Shown here: positions 1-10,570 of the stretch, piece after piece
Position numbering within the stretch: the first letter of the stretch is position 1
Layout of the letters: each line of letters begins with the position of its first letter
IMG/VR virus record: IMGVR_UViG_3300023179_000058
Coordinates: 1 to 64,000 of that record
DNA from: a virus
Length of the DNA: 64,000 nt
Strand: one strand, 5' to 3'
Notes under the pieces: model-generated
What the model saw: the letters and a program-made list of their open reading frames with translations, nothing else
Told to the model about the DNA's origin: nothing
Database searches by the model: none
Program-made: the position numbers and the translations under genes

Positions 1-216
1 TACGACAATCCAGAGAATGAGCGTAAAGGTCCGGAAGGTAAAGTACCAATGACAAGTCTAATGCCAGGTCACAACGACAAGGCTGCCCGTCTTGCGGCTG
101 TTCAAGCCAAAGGCAAACTTGTTAAAGGTAAAGCACAAAGCGCACCTCAGAAGGAAGACTACGAACTAACTCAAGAGGACTTGGATTTCATCAATTCACT
201 TAACGAGAAGAAATAA
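1..216 (+). CDS. 3' end of hypothetical protein (partial, likely head-internal/structural)
   Basis: Frame 1 is open from base 1 to TAA at 214-216 and abuts the next ORF. Confidence 0.6.
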   Translation, partial: YDNPENERKGPEGKVPMTSLMPGHNDKAARLAAVQAKGKLVKGKAQSAPQKEDYELTQEDLDFINSLNEKK

Positions 217-217
217 A

Positions 218-1144
218 ATGAAAGACGGATTCACACCACAACAACTCGCAAAGATGCGAGATGAGTACGGAAAGATTAGCACAATCGATCCGTCAGGACC
301 AGCATATAAGCAATTAATTGCCATGCTTGATAAGATGCATGTTGATAATCTTAAAACACTTGCTGGCGCTAAAATTAAATTTGTTTCAGGTCTTGCACAG
401 AATCGTGTGAATCGCGCCGCTATGAAAAAAGAAGAAATAGAACAGACTGACGAAGCATGTTGGGATACTCACAAACAAGAGGGTATGAAAAAGAAAGGCG
501 ACAAGATGGTACCAAATTGTGTACCTAAAACTGAAGCCGCATCACCAGCACAGCAAGCCGCTATTGCAATCGCCATGAAGAAGGCTGGTAAGAAACCTAA
601 AGACATGAAGAATGAAGAACAACATCCAGAAGATGTAAAAACGCCAGCAAATAAACAAGAACCTGAAGGTACAAAGAAGTGGCTTGCAACTACTCTGAAG
701 AAATTGAAGAATAAAGATATTAAAGAAGCAGAAGGCGGCGGTACTTCAATTCGCACTACAGGCGATGCACAAGATGCAGTTAAGAGAGCGCAAGTATTAC
801 TCAAGTCTACTCAATTGCGTTTGAAGCACGAAAAAGAACGCGAAGCAATGGCAAAACAAAAAAATGCTTTGCAAAAAGAAGAAGAAGAAAAGAAAAAGTA
901 TCCAGAGTTTAAATCTGGAGGCGAACCGCTTGCAAAGAAGTTTGAAAAGGCTTTCGCGAAGATGGGTATCAAGACCAACATCAAAATGAAAACAGTTGGT
1001 AATGTATCAATCAACGAAAAAGAAGACAAAAAAGAAATTGGCAAAGAAGCATCCGCAAAGCAGAAAGCAGTTAAAAAAGGCGAGACACTAAGCGGTAAAC
1101 AAGAGCCAATTAAGATTGACCCTGAGATTAGCGATAACAAATAA
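218..1144 (+). CDS. Lys/Glu-rich hypothetical protein, probable capsid-internal/prohead-processed protein
   Basis: 308-aa ORF; charged low-complexity modules separated by EE/xE motifs; CWDTHKQEGMKKKGDKMVPNCVP module of a kind seen in T4-like virion proteins. Confidence 0.5.
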   Translation: MKDGFTPQQLAKMRDEYGKISTIDPSGPAYKQLIAMLDKMHVDNLKTLAGAKIKFVSGLAQNRVNRAAMKKEEIEQTDEACWDTHKQEGMKKKGDKMVPNCVPKTEAASPAQQAAIAIAMKKAGKKPKDMKNEEQHPEDVKTPANKQEPEGTKKWLATTLKKLKNKDIKEAEGGGTSIRTTGDAQDAVKRAQVLLKSTQLRLKHEKEREAMAKQKNALQKEEEEKKKYPEFKSGGEPLAKKFEKAFAKMGIKTNIKMKTVGNVSINEKEDKKEIGKEASAKQKAVKKGETLSGKQEPIKIDPEISDNK

Positions 1145-1145
1145 A

Positions 1146-1634
1146 ATGTTACCAGAAATTTACTGCGACATGGACCAAGTCCTTGTCAACTTCATGGGAG
1201 GTGCGAACGAAGCACTCAGACAGCAAGGGCTGCCTGACTTTGTTCATGCAGGAAAAGAAGAAAAGTGGGAAGCGATGAAACGAGTGCCTAAGTTTTGGGC
1301 AAACCTACAACCAATGCCTGATGGGCTTGCGTTATGGAGATTCATCAAATCCTACAATCCAGCGATTCTTTCTACACCTTCTAAAAGAATGCCTACATGC
1401 AAGCCAGAAAAGATTGAATGGATACGCAAGCATTTAGGTTCTTCTGTAAAGGAAATTCACCTAGTTCCTAGAGAACAAAAGCAGAATTATGCCCTTACAG
1501 TTGATGGTAAACCAAATCTATTAATCGATGATCATGTAAAAAACATCGATGAATGGGTCGCAAAGGGCGGCATTGGAATTCGACATATAAATACAATGAG
1601 AACGATTTCCGAACTTAGAAAATTAGGATATTAA
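1146..1634 (+). CDS. HAD-family 5'(3')-deoxyribonucleotidase (NT5C-like)
   Basis: IYCDMDQVL (DxD) and LLIDD motifs; ATG at 1146. Confidence 0.8.
   Translation: MLPEIYCDMDQVLVNFMGGANEALRQQGLPDFVHAGKEEKWEAMKRVPKFWANLQPMPDGLALWRFIKSYNPAILSTPSKRMPTCKPEKIEWIRKHLGSSVKEIHLVPREQKQNYALTVDGKPNLLIDDHVKNIDEWVAKGGIGIRHINTMRTISELRKLGY
1586..1593 (+). promoter_or_regulatory. T4-type late promoter TATAAATA
   Basis: Exact TATAAATA upstream of structural genes; further copies at 5506-5513 and 16756-16763; gp33 is encoded in the window. Confidence 0.7.
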
Positions 1635-1647
1635 AAGGAGAAAAACC

Positions 1648-2130
1648 ATGGCACTATGGGGAACAAGAGATTCATACGCAATTGCAAATACAATTAGCGT
1701 AAGCAATACTGTAGCAACAACTACAGTTACGGGCACTAATACTGCATTCACAACTCAGATAGATATTGGCGATGCGCTAGTTATCGCCGGTAAGCGCAGA
1801 AAAGTTACTGCAATTTCTGCGGCTAACTCTTTAACTATTGATCCTGCATGGGATGGTGCAAACCAAACTGGTGCAACGATTACTGGTCAAGATGTACCTA
1901 AGTATGTGACTGCCGCAGAAATTTCGTCAAATAACATCATTGGTGTTGACGATACTGAAGCGACACTTGCCGCAAACAAGGCTCGCGGTATCAATACACC
2001 AGGTTGGACTAAATTTGTCACTTATACAGACATGCACGGAAGAACACGCTACAAGACAGAACCACTAGTTGTAATGTCTTCAGCAGTTACATCCGATGCA
2101 CCAGATGATACTATCGCCGCAGATAGTTAA
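1648..2130 (+). CDS. virion structural protein (MALWG-start, Thr/Ala-rich)
   Basis: Strong RBS AAGGAG, late promoter upstream, beta-rich composition. Confidence 0.6.
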   Translation: MALWGTRDSYAIANTISVSNTVATTTVTGTNTAFTTQIDIGDALVIAGKRRKVTAISAANSLTIDPAWDGANQTGATITGQDVPKYVTAAEISSNNIIGVDDTEATLAANKARGINTPGWTKFVTYTDMHGRTRYKTEPLVVMSSAVTSDAPDDTIAADS

Positions 2131-2199
2131 TCTACACATTGGCCTGAGTCCCAGGAGTAGCATTCCCCTTCAATGGGGTTTATAAGATAGGAGAAAAAG

Positions 2200-2760
2200 A
2201 TGGCAGATAAAAAAGTCACGCAACTAACAGCATTAACAGCGCCAGCAAATACAGATTTGTTGTTGATTGTTGATGATCCATCGGGTACGCCAGTATCGAA
2301 GAAGATTGAACTTGGCGACTTGTTTGGTGAGTCAGCACAAACAGTATTCAGCAATATTGATATTAGTGCTAACACTTCCGCATCAAGCGGCACAACAAAG
2401 ATTGGTGGTAACACAGTTATCGTTACGGCACCATCAGGTTCAACATTTACAGCAGGCGTTGTAATTAACGAAGATGGTAGTGCAAGTAATACTCGCATTG
2501 AATCAGATTCACAAATCAATATGTTCTTTGTTGATGCAATGAACAATCGAATCGGCGTTAAGACTAATGCGCCTACCGTTGCATTTGATGTAAACGATAG
2601 CAAGATTCGTATTCGTGGTATTAGTTCTGTTGCTACATCAAATGCGGCCGCAGAGGGTTGGAACACAGGTGAGATTGGTTGGAATTCCAACTACATTTAT
2701 GTTGCGGTTGGTTCTACTGGCGCAAATTCGATCCTGAGGGCAACACTATCCGGCTTCTAA
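2200..2760 (+). CDS. virion structural/fibre-like protein
   Basis: MADKKVTQLTAL N-terminus typical of T4-like tail/fibre accessory proteins; NRIGVKTNAP repeat-like motif. Confidence 0.6.
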   Translation: MADKKVTQLTALTAPANTDLLLIVDDPSGTPVSKKIELGDLFGESAQTVFSNIDISANTSASSGTTKIGGNTVIVTAPSGSTFTAGVVINEDGSASNTRIESDSQINMFFVDAMNNRIGVKTNAPTVAFDVNDSKIRIRGISSVATSNAAAEGWNTGEIGWNSNYIYVAVGSTGANSILRATLSGF

Positions 2761-2761
2761 A

Positions 2762-3121
2762 ATGATTCACAATGAAGATGAATTTGATGAGTATGCAATT
2801 AACAATTACAGAAATCCTAATTGCATATCCGTACTAGAGTATCTTGAAGACTTGAATAAAATCAAGTACATTAAGAGACTCATTAACAAGTACGCAGAAA
2901 AAGATGAGTTGAGAGAAAGATTGATTTTAAATCATATTATATTTCTCTCAAATGTTTTTGGCGTAGAAGCAACTGTTAATATGCTGAGGTTTAAGATGGG
3001 CGATAAGAACAAACACATTTTAAATAGTTTTTTGATTTTCTTAGGTTATATTACAAACACAGAAGTTTTATATGACGATCAATTACTAAAAGAGATACAA
3101 AAAAGAGTATGGCAAACTTAG
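2762..3121 (+). CDS. conserved T4-like hypothetical protein
   Basis: 119-aa ORF with ERLILNHII motif, coupled to neighbours. Confidence 0.6.
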   Translation: MIHNEDEFDEYAINNYRNPNCISVLEYLEDLNKIKYIKRLINKYAEKDELRERLILNHIIFLSNVFGVEATVNMLRFKMGDKNKHILNSFLIFLGYITNTEVLYDDQLLKEIQKRVWQT

Positions 3122-3798
3122 TAGATTTATATGTTGTGTATCGAATCTTGCGTAGATTGACGCAACCATTCACCGATTGGGAAGCATACAAACTCGGTGT
3201 GATTGATGCTGAAGGAAACATTCTAAAAAAGAGTGCAGACAGACGTACAATGGAAGAGCAAGATTCTTTGACAACATTTGATGTACTTATGATTAAGTTG
3301 AAGAAATTGCTTGCATTAGTGCCAGGAGGCAAAACAAAATTTGCATCGTATGCGGCCGCACTTTTTTTAATTAAAGAAGGTAAAGATTTAACTGAAGAAA
3401 ATCTTGACGAAAAGTGGGAAGCGTTTATGAACAGCGGTGAATATCTTGTTGAAGATGTAGCCGCTAATTCAGTAAGCGCAGGTGGTGTTGCAGGTATTAC
3501 AGGCGACCCTCCACGCCCACAAAAGTATATGGTGCGTAGATTTGCAAATAGTGATGTTTTTGTAGTTGATACAGAGCGTTATCTAAAAGCAAGACTAGGC
3601 AAAAGAAAATATCTCAAGTATGAAAAGTATGTGGGTAATGATGATGTAGGCAATGCGATTCGTGAATACGGTCGCAAATATCCTAAGCGTCCTATCATTC
3701 TTCAAGACGATAAAACTGGTGCAATGATTTTTTTGCGTTATGGCCGTAACGGAATGTTTACTGAAACCCATTCACGAAATGAGGAATCAACATGCTAG
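3109..3798 (+). CDS. conserved T4-like hypothetical protein
   Basis: 229 aa; PFTDWEAYKLGVID motif of genes found upstream of primase in T4-like phages. Confidence 0.6.
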   Translation: MANLVDLYVVYRILRRLTQPFTDWEAYKLGVIDAEGNILKKSADRRTMEEQDSLTTFDVLMIKLKKLLALVPGGKTKFASYAAALFLIKEGKDLTEENLDEKWEAFMNSGEYLVEDVAANSVSAGGVAGITGDPPRPQKYMVRRFANSDVFVVDTERYLKARLGKRKYLKYEKYVGNDDVGNAIREYGRKYPKRPIILQDDKTGAMIFLRYGRNGMFTETHSRNEESTC

Positions 3799-3908
3799 AC
3801 ACATTACTTTGGATTGCAGTTGGCGCATTTATTGGATGGAATTTTCCTCAACCATTTTGGGCGAAAATCATTCAAGAAAAAATTCAAAACGCGCTTGCAA
3901 AAAAATAA
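3792..3908 (+). CDS. small membrane peptide (38 aa, MLDTLLWIAVGAFIGWNFPQPFWAK...)
   Basis: RBS GAGGA, ATG at 3792, TAA at 3906-3908; not in the ORF track. Confidence 0.6.
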   Translation: MLDTLLWIAVGAFIGWNFPQPFWAKIIQEKIQNALAKK

Positions 3909-3920
3909 TAGGTAAATAAA

Positions 3921-4346
3921 ATGTTTCTATTCGAATGGTTGCCGATTTGGGTATTTAATGTAGTTCTATTTGCAGGAATTATTGGATTTATAGTTACATA
4001 CCTTTTTGATTTTATACCAATCGTGTATAAAATGCCAATTCAACTTGTATCAGTTTTATTCATTGTATTTGGCACATACATGTTTGGTGCAATTTCAAAC
4101 GAAGAAAGTTGGCAGTTAAAAATAAAAGAATTAGAAATAAAGGTTGCCGAATCAGAAGCAAAGTCAGCAAAAGAAACAGTAAAAATTGTTGAAAAAGTAA
4201 TCACTAAAACTCAAATTGTTCGTCAAAGGGGTGATGAAATTGTTCGTTATGTAGACAAAGAAATTGTAAAATATGATTCTAAATGTGAAATTCCAAAAGA
4301 AATTGTTACAACACTAAATAATGCTGCCGAAGGAATAAACAAATGA
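3921..4346 (+). CDS. Rz-like inner-membrane spanin
   Basis: N-terminal TM segments plus coiled-coil periplasmic domain; overlaps a lipoprotein gene; next to endolysin. Confidence 0.65.
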   Translation: MFLFEWLPIWVFNVVLFAGIIGFIVTYLFDFIPIVYKMPIQLVSVLFIVFGTYMFGAISNEESWQLKIKELEIKVAESEAKSAKETVKIVEKVITKTQIVRQRGDEIVRYVDKEIVKYDSKCEIPKEIVTTLNNAAEGINK

Positions 4347-4609
4347 AATATCTTTTTATTGTATTTTTACTTGCATTGTTTGGTTGTAGCACTCCAGCAC
4401 CAATTACAAAAAAGTTTCCTGAAGCACCGAAAACATTAATTACATCATGCCCACAATTGAACAAACTTGAAAAGACTGATCCTTTATTGAGCGAAGTAAT
4501 TAAATCTGTGGTTGAAAACTATACACTCTATCATGAGTGTGCTTTGAAAAATGATGCATGGATCGAATGGTACAATACACAAAGAAAAATTTTCGAAGAT
4601 AAGAAGTAA
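4343..4609 (+). CDS. Rz1-like outer-membrane lipoprotein spanin
   Basis: Lipobox LFGC, Pro-rich segment, further Cys residues. Confidence 0.7.
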   Translation: MKYLFIVFLLALFGCSTPAPITKKFPEAPKTLITSCPQLNKLEKTDPLLSEVIKSVVENYTLYHECALKNDAWIEWYNTQRKIFEDKK

Positions 4610-4612
4610 GAT

Positions 4613-5236
4613 ATGATAATAACATTAAAACAATTAGAACAATTATTGCGCGGCAATGACCATATTTCAGAATGGCACAATTCATTGTCAATGTTTCTTC
4701 CTGAATATGAGATTGATACAACAAACAGAATGGCTGCATTTATCGCGCAATGTTCACATGAATCTGGTGAATTCACTACGCTGAAAGAAAATTTAAATTA
4801 TCGTTGGCAATCATTGCGAAAAGTTTTTCCTAAATATTTTTTTAACGATGCAATTGCACAAAAATATGCATCATTGCCCAACAAACAAGAAGCAATCGCA
4901 AATAGAATTTATGCAAATCGTATGGGCAATGGACCAGAAGAATCTGGTGATGGATTTAAATATCGTGGAAGAGGATTGATTCAATTGACTGGATATCAAA
5001 ACTATAAACGATTTGCAGATTCATTAGGAATTACGCCAGAGGAAGCATCCGAATATTTAGAAACTTTCGAAGGTGCAACTGAATCAGCATGTTGGTTTTG
5101 GAGTACAAACAATTTAAATCAATGGGCAGACGCAGGAGATATGATTACTTTAACAAAGCGTATCAATGGTGGCACAAATGGACTTGAAGATCGTATTCAA
5201 CATTATGAACATGCTCTACATGTATTGGAGAATTAA
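4613..5236 (+). CDS. glycoside hydrolase family 19 endolysin
   Basis: AQCSHES, ENLNY, YRGRGLIQLTG and INGGTNGL motifs. Confidence 0.9.
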   Translation: MIITLKQLEQLLRGNDHISEWHNSLSMFLPEYEIDTTNRMAAFIAQCSHESGEFTTLKENLNYRWQSLRKVFPKYFFNDAIAQKYASLPNKQEAIANRIYANRMGNGPEESGDGFKYRGRGLIQLTGYQNYKRFADSLGITPEEASEYLETFEGATESACWFWSTNNLNQWADAGDMITLTKRINGGTNGLEDRIQHYEHALHVLEN

Positions 5237-5566
5237 ATGCCTCCTCTGCATAGTATGCTACAAGATGGTGACAATGGCTCTTTAAGTAGTAAAAGAGTAG
5301 TTACATTTTTGGCATTTATTTTTTGTAGCATTGCTTTCTTTGCAAATTTGTTTTTTGGCATGGAAGTAAAGGATTATATGTTTGAAGGTATGATGGCCAT
5401 TGCAGTTGCAGGTTTGGGGGTGACTGTAACAGAGAAGTTTGCCAGAAGATCGACATATCAATCTGAAGGATATGAGAATTTTACAGAAACCAAAGAATAC
5501 CGAAATATAAATAAAACAGATACAGGTGGGACAAAATTACCTAAACAATATGATAGAGAATTGTGA
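5237..5566 (+). CDS. putative holin (2 TM)
   Basis: SSKRV motif, two hydrophobic helices, directly after endolysin. Confidence 0.55.
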   Translation: MPPLHSMLQDGDNGSLSSKRVVTFLAFIFCSIAFFANLFFGMEVKDYMFEGMMAIAVAGLGVTVTEKFARRSTYQSEGYENFTETKEYRNINKTDTGGTKLPKQYDREL

Positions 5567-5623
5567 TTTGCAATTCTTGTAGTATTGTATTATGCCTTTC
5601 AAGAAAAATAATAAAAAAAAACC

Positions 5624-6058
5624 ATGCTTAATGACGTTACAGAAATCAAGATAGATGTTGAAGTACTTAAAGAAAAAGTAGACAACATTACTCAATTGTG
5701 CAACAAAATGGATTCAGTTATTGATAAACTGATGAATAATAACGACCGTATGGTTAATCAAATCTACGAAGATATGGAAAAAAGAAAACAAGATACTGTA
5801 ACTGACATTAAAGAATTACATTCGCGAATTACTACAGTTGACAGAAACCTATGTGATAAGATAGAATTGACTGAGCGTAGGATCATGGATGAGATTAAGT
5901 CTCTGCGCCATACGATTGATGAACACAATAGGAAAGAAGATGACGATCTGAAAAAAATCTTCCAATGGAAGTGGATGATCGCAGGTGGTGTTGTAGTTTT
6001 AGCATGGATAATTTCAAATGTAAACTTAACGGTGTTGGCTAAACTATTCGGCGGATAA
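5624..6058 (+). CDS. coiled-coil protein with C-terminal TM
   Basis: 144-aa ORF downstream of the late promoter at 5506. Confidence 0.55.
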   Translation: MLNDVTEIKIDVEVLKEKVDNITQLCNKMDSVIDKLMNNNDRMVNQIYEDMEKRKQDTVTDIKELHSRITTVDRNLCDKIELTERRIMDEIKSLRHTIDEHNRKEDDDLKKIFQWKWMIAGGVVVLAWIISNVNLTVLAKLFGG

Positions 6059-6059
6059 T

Positions 6060-6365
6060 TTGAAAAAATTTATTATAATGTTGGTGATGGCGTTTCCTCT
6101 TTTCGTCATTGCACAAACTATCACTCTTCAAAAATCAGTAACCTGTGGTGATTTTAACGGGGCTACTGAATACCTTAAAACTCAATATGGTGAAGTTCCT
6201 ATCTGGAAAGGTAGAACAAATATTGATACCGAGGTAATCTTCTATCTCAACCCGCAAACTAATAGTTGGACGCTCATTGAAACCAATGGCGAATTAGCAT
6301 GTTCTATTGCGGTAGGAGAAACAATCGAGGCTTTAAACAAAATAAAACACACATTGACTTTCTAA
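6060..6365 (+). CDS. secreted hypothetical protein
   Basis: Signal peptide MKKFIIMLVMAFPLFVIA. Confidence 0.55.
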   Translation: MKKFIIMLVMAFPLFVIAQTITLQKSVTCGDFNGATEYLKTQYGEVPIWKGRTNIDTEVIFYLNPQTNSWTLIETNGELACSIAVGETIEALNKIKHTLTF

Positions 6366-6433
6366 TAGTCATGTGATACAATGTTCACTATTATTGACAA
6401 AACTATGTTGTTTTGTCTAGAATGAGATACACT

Positions 6434-7462
6434 ATGAGTTTGTGGATTGATCAACAATACATCGGTACAATTTCCGTAAGATTAGATAAGTTTAAGAGAA
6501 AAGGCGACTATCTCTATAACTTCCGTTGCCCTATTTGTGGTGACAGTCAAACCAATCGCAATAAGGCGAGGGGTTATCTTTTCGCGCAGAAAGGCGGCAT
6601 GTTTTATAAATGCCACAACTGTTCCGCAAGTATGTCTCTTGGCACTCTTATCAAAGAGTTAGACCAATCACTCTACAAACAATATTGCCTTGATCGGTAC
6701 AAAGAAGGCGAGACAGGGCGCAAAGCGCACAAAGAACATGGATTCGTTTTCAAGCCAGTAACTTTTCAAACTACGAAAGAAAATAACGCACTTAAAGGTC
6801 TACTTTTGCCAATAAAAAGATTGGCAGAAAAGCATGAGGTGCGTGAATATCTACGGATTCGAAATATTCCTGAACATAGATATGAAGACCTATATTTCGT
6901 AGATGACATTCAGAAATTCAAGCAATTCGCGGATGGCTATGACGATAAAATCGTTGGTAGCGAACCGCGTTTAGTTTTACCTTTCTTTGATTTGAATAAT
7001 GATCTAGTTGGCTTGTCTGGTCGTGCAATTCGTGGCGAGAAGTTACGATATGTAACGATTAGAATTAAAGATGATGCACCTATGATATTTGGGTTGAATA
7101 ATGTAGATAAGTCTAAAACAATCTATGTTACTGAAGGTCCTATCGATAGTTTATTTTTACCTAATGCAATCGCGTCAGGTAATGCGAATCTTAAATCAGT
7201 CGGAGATGTATTCGCAAAAAGTAATTTGGTATTAATCTACGACAATGAACCTAGAAACAAAGAAATTGTTAGAGAAATAAAGTCAGCAATTGATGACGGC
7301 TTTAGCGTCTGCATTTGGCCTAAGGCAATAATCGAAAAAGATATAAATGATATGATAGTAAAGCAGAAATTAAGCGTAGATGAAATTCAATCTATTATAG
7401 ATAAAAATACTTTCGCGGGACCTGAAGCGTTGTTACAATTTAATGTATGGAAGAAATTATGA
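6434..7462 (+). CDS. DNA primase (T4 gp61-like)
   Basis: Zn finger CPICGDS...CHNC; TOPRIM EGPIDSLF and YDNEPRN motifs. Confidence 0.93.
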   Translation: MSLWIDQQYIGTISVRLDKFKRKGDYLYNFRCPICGDSQTNRNKARGYLFAQKGGMFYKCHNCSASMSLGTLIKELDQSLYKQYCLDRYKEGETGRKAHKEHGFVFKPVTFQTTKENNALKGLLLPIKRLAEKHEVREYLRIRNIPEHRYEDLYFVDDIQKFKQFADGYDDKIVGSEPRLVLPFFDLNNDLVGLSGRAIRGEKLRYVTIRIKDDAPMIFGLNNVDKSKTIYVTEGPIDSLFLPNAIASGNANLKSVGDVFAKSNLVLIYDNEPRNKEIVREIKSAIDDGFSVCIWPKAIIEKDINDMIVKQKLSVDEIQSIIDKNTFAGPEALLQFNVWKKL

Positions 7463-8133
7463 AAGTAAAGTTAGTCTCTTATTCACAAATGTCAGAGGAA
7501 TTGAAAAATGATGTTGGGCATTCAATCGATGTACAAGAACTTGTTGCGTATTGTGCAAGGGTATCAAATCCAGCCAGTCAGTCCAGTAATGAAAACTCAG
7601 AACGACTTATTCAATACCTCGCAAGACACAAGCACTGGTCACCATTCGAAATGGTCTCAGTCTGCCTCGAAGTTGAAACCACAAGAGACATTGCAAGACA
7701 ATTCCTGCGACACAGAAGTTTTTCCTTTCAGGAATTTAGCCAACGATACGCCGATCCAACGAAAGATTTGGATTTCGTATGTCGAGAGGCACGCCTTCAG
7801 GACACCGCTAATCGACAAAATAGTATAGAAGTAAACGATGATGCTTTGCAATACAAATGGAAGTTAGCACAAGAAAGAGTGATTGCAGAATGTAAAGCCG
7901 CATATAAATGGGCTATCGATAACGGCATTGCAAAAGAACAAGCAAGATCAGTACTGCCAGAAGGTCTAACTGTATCTAGACTCTATGTAAATGGAACACT
8001 CAGATCGTGGTTACATTACATTGAACTGAGAAGCGGAAATGGAACTCAGAAGGAACACATTGAAATTGCAAAGGCTTGCGCTGAAGTAATTTTAAAAGTA
8101 TTCCCAATGGTTAAAGAATTTGTACAAGAATAA
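7459..8133 (+). CDS. thyX: flavin-dependent thymidylate synthase
   Basis: RHRSFSFQEFSQRY signature; HWSPFE. Confidence 0.95.
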   Translation: MKVKLVSYSQMSEELKNDVGHSIDVQELVAYCARVSNPASQSSNENSERLIQYLARHKHWSPFEMVSVCLEVETTRDIARQFLRHRSFSFQEFSQRYADPTKDLDFVCREARLQDTANRQNSIEVNDDALQYKWKLAQERVIAECKAAYKWAIDNGIAKEQARSVLPEGLTVSRLYVNGTLRSWLHYIELRSGNGTQKEHIEIAKACAEVILKVFPMVKEFVQE

Positions 8134-8146
8134 TAAAAGGAAGAAA

Positions 8147-9934
8147 ATGGAAATTGATTTTTCTAGGGATGCGCTATTTGACGAATTAGGCCTAAAGCGT
8201 TTAAAAGAAAGTTACATGCGCGAGGATGAAGAAAGCCCTCAGGAAAGATTTGCATATGTATCAAAAGCGTTTGGCAGTAATGACAAACATGCACAAAGGT
8301 TATATGAGTATTCGAGTAAGCACTGGCTTTCGTACAGCACACCCATTCTATCGTTTGGGCGTTCAAAGCGTGGTCTACCTATCAGTTGTTTTCTTCCTTA
8401 TTTGGATGATAGCGCAGAAGGCTTAGTTGATACTCTATCAGAAGTTAATTGGCTCTCAATGCTAGGGGGTGGAGTTGGAATCGGTGTTGGAATACGGTCT
8501 GCTGATGATAAGTCTGTTGGTGTTATGCCTCACTTACGCACTTATGATGCGTCAAGTCTCGCATATCGCCAGGGTCGTACTCGCCGTGGTTCTTACGCCG
8601 CTTACCTTGATATTAGCCATCCAGATATTCTTCTTTTTCTTGAAATGAGAAAGCCTACGGGCGATCCAAACATGAGAGCAATGAATCTACATCACGGAAT
8701 TAATATCACAGATGAATTCATGCAGATCATTGAAAAGTGTATGGTCGATTCTAAAGCAGATGACTCATGGCATCTCAGAGACCCGCACAATGGTGACATT
8801 AGAGAAACAGTATCCGCAAGAGAACTGTGGCAACGCATTTTAGAAAATCGCATGATGACTGGTGAACCATACTTGCATTTCATTGATACAAGTAACAGAG
8901 CAATGCCTGAGTTTCAAAAGAAACTTGGTCTGTCAATTCGTCAGAGCAACTTGTGTTCTGAAATTATTTTACCAACAAGCAAAGATCGAACCGCAGTTTG
9001 TTGTTTGTCTTCAGTTAATTTGGAGTACTTTGATGAGTGGAAAAATAATAAACAGTTCCTCCGTGATGTTGCTGAGATGCTCGATAATGTTTTACAATAT
9101 TTTATTGATAACGCACCAACTACCATATCCAGAGCCATTCATTCTGCTAGGTCTGAGCGTTCTATTGGTATTGGAGCCTTAGGCTTTCATGCATACTTGC
9201 AGAAAAATAATGTGCCGTTTGAATCAGCCCTTGCAGTAGGTAGAAACAAACAAATCTTTAAACACATTAGGAGTAAACTAGATGAAGCAAATCTTCAACT
9301 CGGTAGTGAACGTGGTGAAGCACCCGATGCTACGGGTACTGGTCAGCGGTTTAGTCATATGTTGGCTATTGCTCCAAATGCTTCTTCGTCTATCATCATG
9401 GGAAATACTAGCCCTAGTATTGAGCCTTACCGTGCTAACGCATACCGTCAGGACACTTTATCTGGATCATCTTTAAATAAAAATAAATGGTTGAATCGAG
9501 TTATTGAAAAACATTTGGCTGGTGATGGAGAAACAGTATCACAAGATGAGTACAACGAAATTTGGTCAAGCATTATTGCGAACGATGGCTCAGTTCAACA
9601 TCTAACATGGATGGACGATTGGACTAAAGATGTTTTCAAAACATCAATGGAAATTGATCAGCGTTGGATTGTACAACATGCCGCAGATAGACAAGAATAT
9701 ATTGATCAAGCACAATCACTCAATCTATTCTTTAGACCAGATTCAAACATCAAGTATCTACATGCAATTCATTTCATGGCATGGAAGATGGGCTTGAAGA
9801 CTCTTTACTACTGCCGTTCAGAAAAGATTGGTAAAGCAGATAAGATTGCGAAACGAATTGAACGTGATGTAATCAAAGAACTAGATATGAAAGCAATTGT
9901 TGAAGGCGATACATGCCTTGCATGTGAGGGTTAA
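8147..9934 (+). CDS. nrdA: ribonucleotide reductase class Ia alpha subunit
   Basis: SNLCSEI, APNASSS, KTLYY motifs and C-terminal CLACEG. Confidence 0.95.
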   Translation: MEIDFSRDALFDELGLKRLKESYMREDEESPQERFAYVSKAFGSNDKHAQRLYEYSSKHWLSYSTPILSFGRSKRGLPISCFLPYLDDSAEGLVDTLSEVNWLSMLGGGVGIGVGIRSADDKSVGVMPHLRTYDASSLAYRQGRTRRGSYAAYLDISHPDILLFLEMRKPTGDPNMRAMNLHHGINITDEFMQIIEKCMVDSKADDSWHLRDPHNGDIRETVSARELWQRILENRMMTGEPYLHFIDTSNRAMPEFQKKLGLSIRQSNLCSEIILPTSKDRTAVCCLSSVNLEYFDEWKNNKQFLRDVAEMLDNVLQYFIDNAPTTISRAIHSARSERSIGIGALGFHAYLQKNNVPFESALAVGRNKQIFKHIRSKLDEANLQLGSERGEAPDATGTGQRFSHMLAIAPNASSSIIMGNTSPSIEPYRANAYRQDTLSGSSLNKNKWLNRVIEKHLAGDGETVSQDEYNEIWSSIIANDGSVQHLTWMDDWTKDVFKTSMEIDQRWIVQHAADRQEYIDQAQSLNLFFRPDSNIKYLHAIHFMAWKMGLKTLYYCRSEKIGKADKIAKRIERDVIKELDMKAIVEGDTCLACEG

Positions 9935-9937
9935 ACT

Positions 9938-10570
9938 ATGGCACACTTAGTAGCAAACACACCAAGAGTTAGATGTTATATTAGAAAAGAATATCTCTAC
10001 AATTTCGAAAAAGGATTTGGTGAATATGTACCTTGCATTTGGGTATCAATCAAATCAATGAGCCGTAGAGCATTTTTCATTGAATCGTATCTACCTGAAT
10101 ATGGCGCATTGTACGATAAACTTCCATTGAGTGCATATGTGTCTCGCACAAACAATGTTACTCCGTCAGAATTTTTGCCATTAGATCATTTGCAAATTTG
10201 GGATTGTTTATCATATGATCTTACCGTGATACAAAAATCATTTCTAATGAATCTAAGCGGTAAGTTTTACGCTAAGAATAAACAATGGTATCAAGGTAAT
10301 TACATGTTTACTGTTGACAATTGTGCATCAGATGAATATCTAGATATGGGTGATGCAGAAAATCCAGAAGATCATAAGTCATATAACTTCATAGAACTTG
10401 ACAATGGTCAGTATGCGGCACAACCAAACAATCGTTGCATATGGCTTGATGCCGCAAGCAACCCAAAAGAATTAAAATTTCCAGACTTTAAAGTTTGCAC
10501 TAAGAAATATATTATAGAACAAAACCCAAAATGGGCAATAGGTGACACCGACACGGTGATGTACGAATGA
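9938..10570 (+). CDS. conserved phage hypothetical protein between nrdA and nrdB
   Basis: 210-aa ORF with EDHKS...NGQYAAQPNNR motif. Confidence 0.7.
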   Translation: MAHLVANTPRVRCYIRKEYLYNFEKGFGEYVPCIWVSIKSMSRRAFFIESYLPEYGALYDKLPLSAYVSRTNNVTPSEFLPLDHLQIWDCLSYDLTVIQKSFLMNLSGKFYAKNKQWYQGNYMFTVDNCASDEYLDMGDAENPEDHKSYNFIELDNGQYAAQPNNRCIWLDAASNPKELKFPDFKVCTKKYIIEQNPKWAIGDTDTVMYE